DNA of 64,000 nucleotides, taken from assembly GCF_009914755.1 (NCBI RefSeq), contig NC_060925.1; one strand, written 5' to 3'. Shown here piece after piece: positions 41,858 through 58,135 of the stretch (positions within the stretch are counted from its first letter, which is position 1; each line of letters begins with the position of its first letter). This DNA comes from the human T2T-CHM13v2.0 reference genome, Homo sapiens. The position numbers and the translations under genes are program-made. Under the pieces are notes generated by a model, which worked only from the letters and a program-made list of their open reading frames with translations, was not told the origin of the DNA and did no database searches.

Positions 41858-44172
41858 TGAAAGCAGTTCTGTTTAAGTTTTAAATTGGGGAAGAATACTT
41901 TCCATTCCATTTGTCTGAGAGCAGCAGCAGTCTGCCTGGAGTGGATGCAAAGAAGCAGGAACAGCAAAACAGCAGTGCAGAGGCTTGAATATTCGTTTTT
42001 TATCTTAATTGCTTTTTCTGTCCTGGGATCCAGGAATGAAACACTAGTCAGGCATTGTGTGCAGAGCCTCAGCAGTTCTCACCAGCACTGCACAAAGACG
42101 ACAAGCTGAAAGGCAGAACTGCCCTGGAGGGTGGTTTGAAGTAGCCCGTCTCCAGCATGGCGCTGGGCTTAACCCCTTCATGTAGGCAGAAATTACCTCC
42201 AGTGAGGGGACCTTCCCCCTACCCACCCACTCAGGAGACTCAGCTAGTCACCAGATGCATCACAGAATAACAATCTCAGTTTATAATCCTGCTATTGCTA
42301 GGATTTCCCAGATGAGTTTTTAACCTCTGTTGGAAGCAGATTAAGGAACGACTTCAGGCTATTCAGTGGCATCTGAGGAGCCAACTCTGTCTCACTGAGT
42401 ATACATGAGTGGCCCCCTAGCACCCCTATCTTTAAAGCAGATACCCAGTTATCTCATGGTGCTTTCTAAGGATGCTCAGTTCTGCTCAGGCCCCCCAAAA
42501 GCAAACTATGACCAAGTGAGGGAGCAGTGGGAGGTAAGGGAAATGCAGCACAAAGTACAATCCAACTCCAGTACTTGCCAACCTGTATGTGTGCGCACAT
42601 GCACGCATACACCAGCCTTGGAGGCAATGACTCCTGCCTAATGTATGCCAGTGCCAAAGGGCATCCAGAAGTCCCACTGCAGGGCTCCACGTCCTGGCTC
42701 ACTGCAGGTTGGTTCTCTCAGGCCATGGTTCCAACCAGGGAGAGTAAACAAGCTGACTAGATTGGAGGCGTCAGGGCAGGTCTAAGTGTCTTCACCATTT
42801 TGCATTTTCCACCTAAGAGTGTAGAAGCCTGATGAAGGGGCTTGACTGGCAGCTGCTTTAGCCTTCCTCTCTCAAGCCCCAGGAGAGGAAGCATTCAGCA
42901 CAGGCTGACTGTGACTAGACCAGAAAAGCCAACCGTCCCACTGCAGGGGCCTGAGCCTTTTCTGCTATGTGGGTGGAGAAAGTGAAGCTTCCCCACTGGT
43001 TTCCTGGGAGATACAAGATAAGTGGTGCAAGAAGTGCATGCAGAAAGGGAAGGAGTTGAGAGACTGGGGGGAAGAGAGGCCAGGTTAACCAATGCACTGA
43101 ACTCTTACCTATTCTCAAAGAAAACTGTCATATTAGCCTCCTCCCTCCCCGCAAGTGCTACCTAAGAGGAGCCAGGGTAAGTGCTGCAAGGCATGGCAGA
43201 CAAAATTGCACATCTTGGCCAGAATCTAAGGAACTTCTTGTGGTTTGGGGGAGGTGGTGAGGATGTGGGTGGTGGGTGGGTGGGGGGTGTTGAAGAGATG
43301 CAGCCATGGACTTCCTTGGGCTTGGCACAGGCCAAAACAGAAGAGAGAACTCCAAACTCCAAGTAGTCCTCATCAGACTTGCTCTCCTTATCAGCTTCAT
43401 CCTGTCAGCCAAATTGTCAGCCATAGAAAAACTGCTTTGCAGATGAAAAACTATATAAATGCAGAGTATGGGAGTGCTCTGACATCAACAGCTGTCATTT
43501 CACTGACTGCCAAGGTTGACTTGTCTGATGTGGCTGGTTGTGCAGTAGCTCCACCCCTCGTCACCTTGGTTGTTCCTCCTGAAGTGAAAAACAACTTTCC
43601 AAATAGAGGAGGGCTGCCCTTCGGTCAAGACTTTAGGTAAGTATTCAAATTCGCATTCTTTTAATTTTTTTCCTGGTATCATTTCCTCTCCCTCTTTGGA
43701 ATCTGCCACGACAGCCCCCTTCTAGAATCACCAAGAGAGGAGCCAAAGAATCAGCATGGTTAGAGTTTTAGAGTCCAGTCCAATTTCTGGTAGGCTGAAT
43801 CTGTACCAAAACGTAGGGACTGCATTTTTCTGTTCCACGCAATGCCTAGGACACACTAAACTGTCAAGGAAGATTAACCTGCCCATTAGGTGAATATACT
43901 TTTAGCCTAAGATGGCTACCATTTACAACATGAAAATACTGATAATAAAATTCTGTGAAAGTGAGCTGCTGCCCCCCATTTTTTAAAACCCAATCCAAGC
44001 ATTTTTTCCATGGTATGGTCAGTAGGCTTGATCCAGACTTTTAAGAGAACTCGGCAGGGAGGCAACCCTCTGCCCTAGGGATCCAGGAAGACTTCATTAT
44101 CTACAAGCCTCAGCGAGCGCCAAGTCATGGGATTTCTAAACTCTAAAGCTTCAGTGACATTTGAGAATCTTA

Positions 44173-44805
<633 letters not shown>

Positions 44806-44969
44806 GGTCCATCTTAATGCCTAGATGTGTATTTCACCCATGTCCGTACAATAGCACTTAAAGATTTTCTTCCTAGATAGGACACACCCTTCTGAGGTAC
44901 AGTGAACCCCACCCACAGGCTGAAAAAATAAACCAGTCAGATTGTGCCAGAACAGAGACTCAAGCCAGG

Positions 44970-44975
44970 TTTAAT
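44970..44975 (-). terminator. AMIGO1: Probable AMIGO1 poly(A) signal ATTAAA (3'UTR about 3.2 kb)
   Basis: TTTAAT on the plus strand; on the minus strand it is followed by a U/GU-rich element (44922-44935). Confidence 0.6.
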
Positions 44976-47900
44976 GATCATTGTCTAGTTTTCAGAGCCC
45001 AGAGGCTCCAAGATTTGCCAGCCTAGGTGTACACAAGTGGGAGGAATGGGGTCTTGGACACGGGAGGCCTGCTTGCTTTGTCAGCAGAGCTACGAGGAAG
45101 TACAGAGGTAAGAACACACAGAAAACTGGATCCATCTGCTTTGCTCTCCCCAGCTGGGGTGTACCCTCTCCTGGCCCCTTTCTTGGGCCCCATAAATACA
45201 AAATAATAATAATAATAATAATTACACAGATTGTAGAGCCCTGTCATCCTCTGTCTCCAGGGACACCTGCTTCCTGGGAGACATGTCTGGTTTATGGGTG
45301 TGGGGTAGGGTAAGAGGAGGTGGTGATCTCTCGGCCTTTTCTTATACCCACACCTGGCAGTTTTCAACACAGGGTTCTAGTGCGCTTACATATGCTGATT
45401 ATTCAATTCTCCAATTAAAAAGCTACCTTTGGGTTCTATCACCTGAAACCACGGGAAGAAACAAATCAAATCTCTTGGTAGGGCAGCCAGGTACATCTAC
45501 CAGGTGTCTCAAACTCAAGGCCAAACTAGTGGATATAGTCAGGAGACTTAAGAGCCACAGGGCCTTTTCTCATTCCCTAAACTGGGTAGGAATTATGAAG
45601 AAAACGGCCCTCCCAGTCCTCAGGAGCTCCATCACGATGCCCCAGAAGGCCTGCTTCATTTAACGCTCACTTTAAAGATCTTCAGAGCCCTAGATGGTGC
45701 CAAGCGGGGAGACTGCAGCATGGAGATGAGATTTTCCCAGATTTCCTGATGAGTCTGAGGAGGGAGTCCTAGTTCCTATAGCTCCAGTAACAAAATTCTC
45801 AGGAGTCTCTGGAATAAATCAAGACAACTTTTCTCTCCTGAGGACAGTTAACAGGAAGAGCAGCTCACAGCTACTTAGCCCCTTGCCAGTTTCCTTCTGA
45901 GTCCTTCAATGACCTAGTTCTATCTTAATTGCTCATATATTGCTCATATATATAGTCTTCACGGGAGGTTTCTGAGGAGTCCAAAGAACCAGGTAGCTCC
46001 TTACCACCTCTTCTCCCAAGGCCTTCAACCCATGGTTCTTCTAACTCCAGCCTGGGCAGAAAAGTGATTCAGTGCCATGGAGATGTGGGTGAAGCTTCAG
46101 GGAGTTCAGAAATGAAAATACAGGAGTGTGTATTTGAAGAGCCTGGCATGGTCACTGTCTCTCCTAAAGAGGAATACAATTGTGTGCATGAAGTTGTGCA
46201 CATTGGTGGAGACCATTCTGAGAGTATCATTAATGGGGACTACAGATTCACTGTCCTGGTGGAAGTCAAGGTGCTGGTGTGCATGCATACCTATAAGCAT
46301 GCATACCTATGAGCATGCAGGTACTTGAGGGAAATGCTGCACCTCTCTCTCAACAAAACTAGGTTACTAATAAAGGATGGACAGCAGTCTTGAGTTCCCA
46401 GGACCAGACAAGGGGAAGATGTTGAGTCCCCTTCCCCAATCATAATAGGAAGCTTAATAGTCAGGCCCTCCAAGCCCCTCACCCACAGGTAAATGACACC
46501 TCTTAGAATGTAAAAAGAGGTCAGAAATCTAGAGGATCTGGAGAACTTCCAATGGACTAGAAACGTGGGAGAGAAGAGACCCTAAGAAAAACCAACATCA
46601 GAGAACATTTTCACCTTCACCCTGCTCATCCCCCGCCAAAGCTCAGAGCAGCCACTCACAGGGCATGCAGTGTAGTCAAAGGGAAAGGTTAAAGGGATCG
46701 GTCATCTCCATACTCAAAGTATTCTGCAACCTTGGATGGAATGGAATGTTGAGCTCATTCTTCTTAAGTTCCTCTGGCCTCACAACCACAACTGCAAAGA
46801 CCTCTCGATGGAGGAATGGGGTGGCAGAACTCCCCTTCTGAAAGTTTAGTACTACTGATTATCTCTGCTTCAGGATTGCCTGGAATCTGTGGAGAGGGCA
46901 GAACTTGAAGCTGCACTCCAAATTGCCATTCTGGGGTAGAGACCACCCAATTCCAACCCTTCTGATGTCAAAACCCCATGCTTTGACTTTGCAGCAGAGG
47001 TGGTATCTCTGAGAGGAGCAAGGCAACCTTGTCCACACAGAGGAGATATATACTGGATTTTCACTATCGCCAAGCCTACTCTAAGCCAGCTGGGGCCAGG
47101 CTTTCTTGGACTCCTCCCTTTACAGAGCAGCATATTAGGGAAAATTCAGAATCCCACCTGAGCTTGATAAGGAGACTGGATGAAGAGATGGCATACATTG
47201 AGAATCAGCTAGGTCCAGCTGGATGCTACATAATAGAGGCTGATTTACCTTCATCCTTCTATCGTGAAGTGGGCCCATGTACCACGTCTGTGGCAGGCAT
47301 CCATAAAAGCTCTGCCTTCAGCAGCCCCCACTCTGGCCTGACACACACATGCTGGGAATCAAATACTAACCAAGGGTTTCACCAACCAGGGAATTAGCCT
47401 ATCTGGAATTCACCCCCCATCTACAAGTTTCGTGCTGGCACCTATGCTGTGACATGGACCCTTCAGTTCATGCTATAACCCTCTGTGCCATTGGTCCCAG
47501 GACAAGGCACAGATACCACATCCCACATTGCTGTTGTAACTAAAAGGCAGCAGGCCAGGCTCCTGCAAAGATCCATCCACCCAGGGCACATCAGGAAAAA
47601 GGAAGGCTTTAATGCAAAGTCTTACAACAGCTTTGGGGAATTGTTACCGATTGAGGTCTCAGCCTTTTCCTGACTCATTTTCCAAAGGTTTTCAACTTCC
47701 CCAGCTGTGAAGTTTGACTTGCTAAACAAAGAAGATACTACAGCTTTTCCCCAGTGTGGCTCCTGTGGAAGCTCCCCCAACACACACAACATCACAGGTG
47801 TGGGTGGGCAGAGATAGAAAAAATTTTTTTTTCTAAATGTTTTTCTCTTAAGGAGCTAGGGATGACCTCATGAAAGTTTAGGGAATCTGTTCTTCCCCTC

Positions 47901-48197
47901 ACTCCTTCCTCATTCCCATCCAACTCAGACATGCTTCTCTTCCTCTACCACACTGAGAATTGGCAGGGCTTTGGGTACGGGTGTAGCATTTGCCTGAGGA
48001 TTAATATACCCCCATTTGAAAATCGTGGCAGCCACGCCCTGTTTGGGGTCTTGCTCTCTGTTGTACCTGGGACCAATTCCCTTGAGGTCAGGAGGAATCC
48101 ATTCCCTTGGGCAGCCAGCCCTCTCTTCCATCCCCTCATATCCTTCAGGGGTGCATTACCTCTCCTGGGGCAGAATCTCCCCACCAACCCATCCTGC

Positions 48198-49679
48198 TCA
48201 CACCACAATGGGCGTATCAGAGAAGACCGAGCTGACTGATTCTGGATCCGACATCCTCCGTTGGCCCTTGCCTGTGGCCTCAGGCACTGGCAGGGTGTTG
48301 CCTGGCTTGAGCTTGCCGTTTTGACCCTGCCCAGGTCCAGCAGGTTCCAGGAAAGCCACCCGCCGGTCAAAACCATCATCTTTGTCCCCACCAGCCATAG
48401 GATCATGGTTGGGTGTGGTACTAAGCATGGAAGAGCTGAGGCTGTCTCCTTGATGGCTGGAAGGCTTCTCTACACCCCGGCACCAGCAGCGGCAAGGGGT
48501 GAGGTATAGGTATATGAGGACCAGGACCACACTAAGGATACAGCCCACTAGGGTGGTATAGGCTGTGTTGAGGGTGTCATGGTGTCCGTGCAAGGTGAAA
48601 TTGTGCACTTTCAATTCCACAGACAGTGTCTCATTGAAAGTCTCTCCCATGGCATAGCAGGTATACACACCACCGTCCTCGACCTGCACCTGCTGGAAAA
48701 GAAGACTGCCATCCTTAGACACACTCACTGTGCCATTGGTCACCTCATCTAGCACCCGTTCATTACTTGGTGTCACCCACACCTTGGTCATCCCTTGCTG
48801 CTTGGTGTCACACTTGATGATCAAGGTGTCACCCAGGTGGGCCTCCCAGGCACGCTCCTTGTACTCGCCACAGTTGAGGAAACTCAGGTTGAAGACATTG
48901 TGCAGCTTCTTGGAGTTCATGCAGTACAGATCCTCTTGAAAGTCCATCACGGAGCTCAGCTGCCGATACTGCCAGTGTGAAAACAGCTGGTAGAGCTCAC
49001 AGTCGCAGTTCAGGGGGTTGTTATGTAGGTACAGCCCATTCTTGATCCAGGCCGGCAGCTTCTGCAGGTCAGGCAATGGCAAGTTCTTCAGCTTGTTAGA
49101 AGAGAGATCCAGGAGCGTTAGTTTGGGTAGCTTGGCTCCTTCCTTGACCAGTTCCAGAGGGAAGCGAGAGATCTGGTTCTGGCTCAAGTAGAGTTTCTGC
49201 AGCTGGGCCATGTCATCGAAGGCGCACCGGTCCACCGCCATGATGTGGTTATTGTAGAGCAGCAGCACCTCCAGTACTTGCAGGTCACTGAACAGGAACT
49301 CATCCAGTGTACGCAGCTGGTTGGAGGAGAGGTCCAGGTAGCGCAGGTTGGGTACCGGGGAAAAGGCCTCAGAGGAGATGAAGTTCAGGTGGTTGTGGCT
49401 CAGCAGCAGGGAGTGCAGTTGGGTCAGGCGCGTGGGGGTCCACTCGGCCCGCAGGCGGCTCAGGTTGTTGTGACTGAGGTCCAGTAGTGCTGTGTAACTG
49501 GGCAAGGAATGGGGCACATTGGGCAGCTGCTGCTTGGAGCAGCTGAGGATGTTGCTGGCGCACAAGCAGGCGGCAGGACAGCTAACCACGGCTCGGCCAG
49601 CTCTGGCCACCTCAAAAAGCAGCAGGGACAAGGACGGCAGCAGGAGCCAGAGGCCTCTCGGGTCACGGTGGGGGTGCAT
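48198..49679 (-). CDS. AMIGO1: Amphoterin-induced protein 1, 493 aa: signal peptide, LRRNT, LRRs, LRRCT, Ig domain, TM helix and cytoplasmic tail; single coding exon
   Basis: ORF from ATG 49679 (MHPHRDP). Contains CPAACLC, LDLSHNNL-type repeats, NNPLNCDC, DGGVYTC, TM helix TTLVGCILSVVLVLIYLYL and C-terminus SVFSDTPIVV. Confidence 0.97.
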   Translation of the reverse strand: MHPHRDPRGLWLLLPSLSLLLFEVARAGRAVVSCPAACLCASNILSCSKQQLPNVPHSLPSYTALLDLSHNNLSRLRAEWTPTRLTQLHSLLLSHNHLNFISSEAFSPVPNLRYLDLSSNQLRTLDEFLFSDLQVLEVLLLYNNHIMAVDRCAFDDMAQLQKLYLSQNQISRFPLELVKEGAKLPKLTLLDLSSNKLKNLPLPDLQKLPAWIKNGLYLHNNPLNCDCELYQLFSHWQYRQLSSVMDFQEDLYCMNSKKLHNVFNLSFLNCGEYKERAWEAHLGDTLIIKCDTKQQGMTKVWVTPSNERVLDEVTNGTVSVSKDGSLLFQQVQVEDGGVYTCYAMGETFNETLSVELKVHNFTLHGHHDTLNTAYTTLVGCILSVVLVLIYLYLTPCRCWCRGVEKPSSHQGDSLSSSMLSTTPNHDPMAGGDKDDGFDRRVAFLEPAGPGQGQNGKLKPGNTLPVPEATGKGQRRMSDPESVSSVFSDTPIVV

Positions 49680-50089
49680 AGTGTCACTGGAGTGGGCGAG
49701 GAAGGCCACAAGGAAGATCTGGGAGGAGGTCACCCGGGCATGTTCTGGTGGGGTACGGAAGGGTCACTTGAGAGAAAGAGGATGGGTTTGTGGTCACCAA
49801 GGACTCCAGAGGGAAGGACACCCTCTCCCACTTCCCCTCCCACCCTTACCTCCACCCCCTTTGGGCTAGGAGAGAGAGATGCTGGGTAGTTTCCAGGCAC
49901 TGTGCAGGCAGTGGGCTGTAAATATCGGCCGAAGAGGAGGTGGCCCGAGGGCCTACTGGGCTGGGGTCACAGGGGTGCAGGCTGCAGGTATGCACAGGAT
50001 GGCAGGGACTGCTGGGAGTCACAGGGATGGCACGGGCAGGGTTTGGAGGTGGGGTCGGTGTGCCTTTTGGGAGGAGCTGAGGGAAGGTC

Positions 50090-50890
50090 AACAGGGCACC
50101 GGGCTGGGTAGGACGCGTCCGGTCGGGGTTGAGGGTCCCCGGGGCCTGTAGGGGCGGGCTCCCCCCGGGGCCTCCGGTCACTGCACCTGCTCGGCGAGGA
50201 CGTGTCTCAGCCCATGGCCGGTCTGGGAGCTCCGTCGCGGCCTCTCCCGGCGGCGCCTCACCGGCCGGCCTGTCACTGCGCCCGCCTTACGCAGGGGCCC
50301 GCGCCCGGCACCGTCGCCTCCCGGGGACTTGCGGGGCCCCGCTCCGCTCACCCTGCCACCGCCTCGACCGCTGAGCCCGCCGGAGCCCACCGACCGCGGT
50401 CGCTGCCTCCAGGTCCGCAGGCCTGGCGCGGATCGGTGCGGGGAGCCGGAGGCGCAGCGATCCCAGCGGAGGGAGCGGCGTGGGGGCAGCGAGCACCGCG
50501 CGCGCGCCCGTCGCCGCCGCCGGAGCCTCGGGGCGCGTGCGCGCGGCGGGGGCGGGGCGCACGTGCGTGTGTTTGTGTCGGAGCCGGCCGGGCGGACGCG
50601 CGCGGGGTCGTTCCCTCAACCAGCGAGCTCCGGACGCTGAGCTAAAGACGAAAATTGGCAGGAAGAGCGGCACTGGCCCCTTAGGCTCCGCTATAACTTC
50701 CTCCATCCCCCATTCCCCCATCTCCCAGCACCCTTCTCGCTACACAGACCGGCTCTCAGGAAAAGTCTAACTAAAGTGAATTCGCTGCACCTACTCGGGC
50801 AAGAGGCGTCACATGTCTTTTAATTTCGCAAATTGAAGAAATCTGGCTCAGCTCCCGCCTGCCAATGTTGGCGGGAAATTCATTAGTCAC
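50090..50890 (-). promoter_or_regulatory. AMIGO1: CpG island and promoter of AMIGO1
   Basis: Very high CpG density, GC boxes and an E-box at about 50559-50564. Confidence 0.85.
50187..50510 (-). other. AMIGO1: AMIGO1 non-coding exon 1; donor CAG|GTGCAG at 50187/50186; exon 2 acceptor at 49767/49766
   Basis: Splice-site consensus on the minus strand and a polypyrimidine tract at 49770-49785. The 5' end is approximate. Confidence 0.65.
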
Positions 50891-51135
50891 ATTCTGAGGT
50901 TCCCCCTCCCTTCTCTCTGTGGCTGTGGGGTCTCAAAAATTGGGGGAGGGGTTCCCCCCACCCCACCCCCGTCTTGATGCTACTAGTTCATGACCCTTGA
51001 GGTACCACTGAAGGGCACAGCTCCTTAGCCTGCAAGCCAGCTGCGCAGGAGTGAGGGGAAAGGGGGTGTTTGGTGAGCCCAGGCCCCAGAACACCCCTTT
51101 ACAGACACCTCATGCACTTCTCCCCACTCCACCTG

Positions 51136-51137
<2 letters not shown>

Positions 51138-51171
<34 letters not shown>
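51138..51171. repeat. (AC)n microsatellite about 0.6 kb upstream of AMIGO1
   Basis: Read directly. Confidence 0.95.
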
Positions 51172-51174
<3 letters not shown>

Positions 51175-51617
51175 CTGCATACAAGCCAGGGACAATTTCC
51201 ATTCCTGGAAACTCCGAAACCCTTCCCAGCCCGGAGGAAGTCATTCAGCCCTTAGGTCTGGCCACTTGCCTTCTTCCTAAACGAGTGCCAGCTCCCCACT
51301 CCCCTTATGGAGCAATTGCAACATAGTTTCTCTGTTACCTAATCCTCAAGATGAAGGCCAGTGGTGGAGGTGGAGGGGTTTCTTCTTTAGGGTGGCCCCT
51401 GAAACAACAAGAAGCTGTTACTAGTGTATGTTGTTTGGGTTTGGGGGTGAGGAAAGAGAGAGATGCAGGAAGAGCCTAGACCTTATCATTCAAGATGTTA
51501 GCTGTTCTTGAGATGGTGGACCATAAGAAATTACCTTTTTATTTGTTCCAGTCTCTTATAACAGCAAGATCAAGACTGAAATTAATGTCTCAGTAGATTA
51601 GCTTGCTAAGAGTTTTA

Positions 51618-52070
<453 letters not shown>

Positions 52071-52142
52071 TCAGGCATCATTGAAAAGATGAGGAGGGTA
52101 ATCTTTTTGGAGGACAAGGTGTGAAGAATCTTGAAATCACAT

Positions 52143-52642
52143 TGCATCAGTTATCTATTGCTGCATAATCACATTACCCCAAAACTTAGTGACTTCCTAC
52201 AGCAATATACATTTATTGCCTTTCACAGTGTCTGTTGGTCAGATTCAAGAGCAGTCTGGTGGACAGTTCTGGCTTGGCAGTTTCTCATGCAGTTATGCGT
52301 TAGATGGAGCTACAGTCATTAGAAGGCTTCGCTGGGGCCATAGAGGCTCACTTAAATTCATGTGGCTGGCTGTTGGCAGGAAACCTCTATTCTTATCCGT
52401 AAAGGTCTCTCCACAAGACAGCTTGAGTTTCCTCACAACACGGTAGCTGACTTCCCTCAGAGCAAGAGATGCAAGAGACAGCAAGACAGAAGTCACAGTG
52501 ATCTGGCTCTTTGAAGTGATGGATATCACCTCCACTTTGGTCACATATGCAATTCCTGATTCAATATGGAAGAACTACACAAGGGCACAAATACCAGGAA
52601 GAGAGGATCATTGGGACCATCTTGGAGGCTGGCTATCACACA
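52143..52642. mobile_element. MLT1-type MaLR LTR
   Basis: TGCATCAGTTATCTATTGCTGCATAA...GGAGGCTGGCTATCACA. Confidence 0.65.
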
Positions 52643-52717
52643 CATCATCTCTGAAGTTACATCTATTTTTTAATTTTGAGAATTTTCAAACATACACAAA
52701 AGTGAATAGTACAATGA

Positions 52718-53672
<955 letters not shown>

Positions 53673-54342
53673 AAACTAACCATATCCTTTTAAAATGTTA
53701 ATGTGCAGACAAATCAGTGGGGTATCTTATAATCATGGAGATTCTGAATCACCAGGACTGGGATGTGGCCTGAGATTCTGCTTTTCCAGCAAACTAACAA
53801 GATGATGCCAATGCTTCTTTGAGACCACATTTTAAGTAGCAAGGATCTAGAGTTGTGCTGCCTAATTGGTAGCCAGCAGCATTTGTGGCTACTTAAATTA
53901 ATTAAAATTAAATATAAATCACTTCTTCAGTTTCCTTAGCCACATTTCAAATGTTTATGGCCATATGTGGCCAGCTACCCTGTTGAACAACGCATTGTCA
54001 CAGAAAGTTTCATGATGGCACTGGTTTAGATAATTGACTCATAATAACTTTCCCACAGGTGCTCTTTAGACCGGAACAACTATTAATTCACAACAAAAGA
54101 AGATCTGGGCAAGATAAATAGCAACAGGTTATTTAGTGAGTATGTATTTCCATTTGCTGGAATGGACCAACTCAATATTCCTAAATGCAATTTGAGAGGT
54201 TGTTTGGTTAGCTCAGCACTTGAGCAAAAGCAGCTGGATGTGTCTCCCAGTTTATGAGACTGGATGAATTCCTTTTCTCCACACTACAAGTATTTTTTGC
54301 TTTCTTAATAGCTAATACTAGCCATCAGAATCAGAGTGGAGA

Positions 54343-55499
<1,157 letters not shown>

Positions 55500-56435
55500 T
55501 GGATTGAGCCCTTTCTGTATCTAGCAGTTCACTCACGGTTCCATGTTCGGTTTGTTCCTGAAAGTGCTCACTCTTGAGAACTCCTTTTGCCATCCTCCTG
55601 CCCCCACCTCCATAAACCATCAATCATTTCACTGACCTTTTAACCTTTTAAAATGCTCACACATTGATTTACTCAATGTCCAGGAGGCAAATACTCCCTC
55701 TGTTTAGACAACCGGCATCGGAGTCCCTTTTTCCAGTCTTTTCTCTTTCCACCTCAACTCTGCACACTTCCTGGAAGCTCCACTTGATCTGCAGAAACCA
55801 CAAGAATGTACATACCAATTAGGGGCAGCTGAGGGCTCACTGATGTAGGTGGAGGCATGCCATGGACACCTATCCATGTCCCGGGCTCTTCAGGTTTGTC
55901 AAACAAATCTGAAGACATCTGCTTAATCTATAGCTCATGCACTACAGTCAGGACTAACCTGCCACCAAAGTGGTGATCATTCTAGATGGCTAAGTCATGA
56001 ACATTTTCTTGACTTTTAACACTTACATATGGATATCTCAAAACAACTCTGCACTGGGTCATCATCAGATAGATGTGTCTTTGAAGTATGGCTGAACAAT
56101 AAATTCATGGTTCAAAATGTTATTTTAGCCCTTAGGGATGGAGTTCACCACCACAGTCCACCTACAGCTGACCCAATATCCCAAAGATGGAAGACTATAG
56201 TTCCAAGGCCTTGTTACAAATAAGACTACCTTGGAGCTCCTGCCATGGGGGCCTGGATAACCAGGAAGTCCTCCAAAAGGAATCTTATATTTTTTTCATT
56301 AAGAAGTTTTGTCATAAGTGTGAAAATATTTTCTTTTCCTGTACATGCAATCCTCTCTTTTGATTTCTAAAGGCTTTATATCTAAAATTAAATCCTAGCT
56401 AATGTTGAGACTTCTAAGCTAATTTTCATATATGA

Positions 56436-56792
<357 letters not shown>

Positions 56793-58135
56793 TAGGAAGT
56801 CAGCACTTTTATGATTTAGGGAAGGATTATAGTTAGATTCAATGTTTAGCTTATAGTTAAAAGTTTCTTTCCGTGATCTGCAGCCATTTGATTACTATTT
56901 GAGTTTACGGATCTGTCTCCTCTAATCATGCTTTCTGAGCCCATAGCTACTCATTTGTCTTTGAAGTTTCTACTCTTCAACCACTTAAGAGTATTCTTAG
57001 CAAATTCTCAGAGTAATCACAGTACTAGCTCATCTAGCCCTTACCTATAATGAGAGAACTTTAGACTACCCGCCTGTGCTGGAAGAGGCCATAGCAGTCA
57101 AGTTCACAAGCTGGTTCATGGCAGAACTGAGTTAGAAGCCTAGAGAAAGAGTGTAGCTTTGTGGTTAAGGGAGTAGGCTCTGGAGCTAGGCTCCTTGGGA
57201 TCCTATCCTGGCTCTGCCACCCACTGTGTGACTTGAGCTAGTTACTTAACCTATAAAATGGGGATAATAAGAATACTTGCCTAATGGGGTTGTTGTGAGG
57301 ATTTACTGAGTTCAGGAATCTAGGAGATACTAGAACACCAAGTAGGCTCTCTATAAATGTGAAGAGGTAGGAGTGGGCTGTCTCCTGCATCCTTGGTCAA
57401 GGTTCTTTTCAATGCATCATAACATTTTCAGGGATAGTGCAAGGCAGATAGAACTGAGGAAAAGTTCTATCTGTAGTCTGTGCTGTCCAGAGCCTGCCTT
57501 CTGGGGCTCCAGGCCAAGGTTACAGGAGAGCTAAGTACTAAGTGTTGATGAATGGGAATCTAGGATGAGGAAGTCATTGGGAAGCCACAGTAGGGGCTGA
57601 AGGAGTGAAGAGGACCCAGGATCAGTAACAGAGCAGTCAGTTCCTGCGAGGGCACACGCCAGACCAGCAGGAAGGGCAAGGTCTGACTCCCCAGAGCAGG
57701 CAGCAGTTCCTTAAAAATCACAGGCAAAGGTGCTCCGGCTGTACTTAGTTTGAGTCAGACCATAGCCGGAGTCTAAAGTTCAGCTCTGGGCATCTCATTT
57801 ACAGTCTGGAGCACAGCCAGAGGTAGTTGATGGAGTGGTACACAGTCTAATAATCATTCATATGCATTCACTCACACACATCTGTTGAGCCCCTAGGGCA
57901 GAGCACTGTGTTACATGCCTGTGGTGAGGCTGGGTGAAGCAGGATGCAAATACGCTTTAGAAATAGTTTCTTCTCTCTAGGACTTAGAAGGTAAGATATG
58001 TGGATTCTACACAATTTAGCAAATATCTGTCAGTTGCTCATTATGTTAAGGACTCTATGTAGGGTATGTACTTCGTGGCCAATAGAAAGAGAATTGGACT
58101 AAGTGCCAAGAAAGCTGGATTCCAGTCTTACCCCG

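Noticed and set aside
49680-49733. 18-aa N-terminal extension in the 511-aa AMIGO1 ORF
   Set aside because: It starts at GTG, whereas ATG 49679 directly precedes the signal peptide and gives 493 aa
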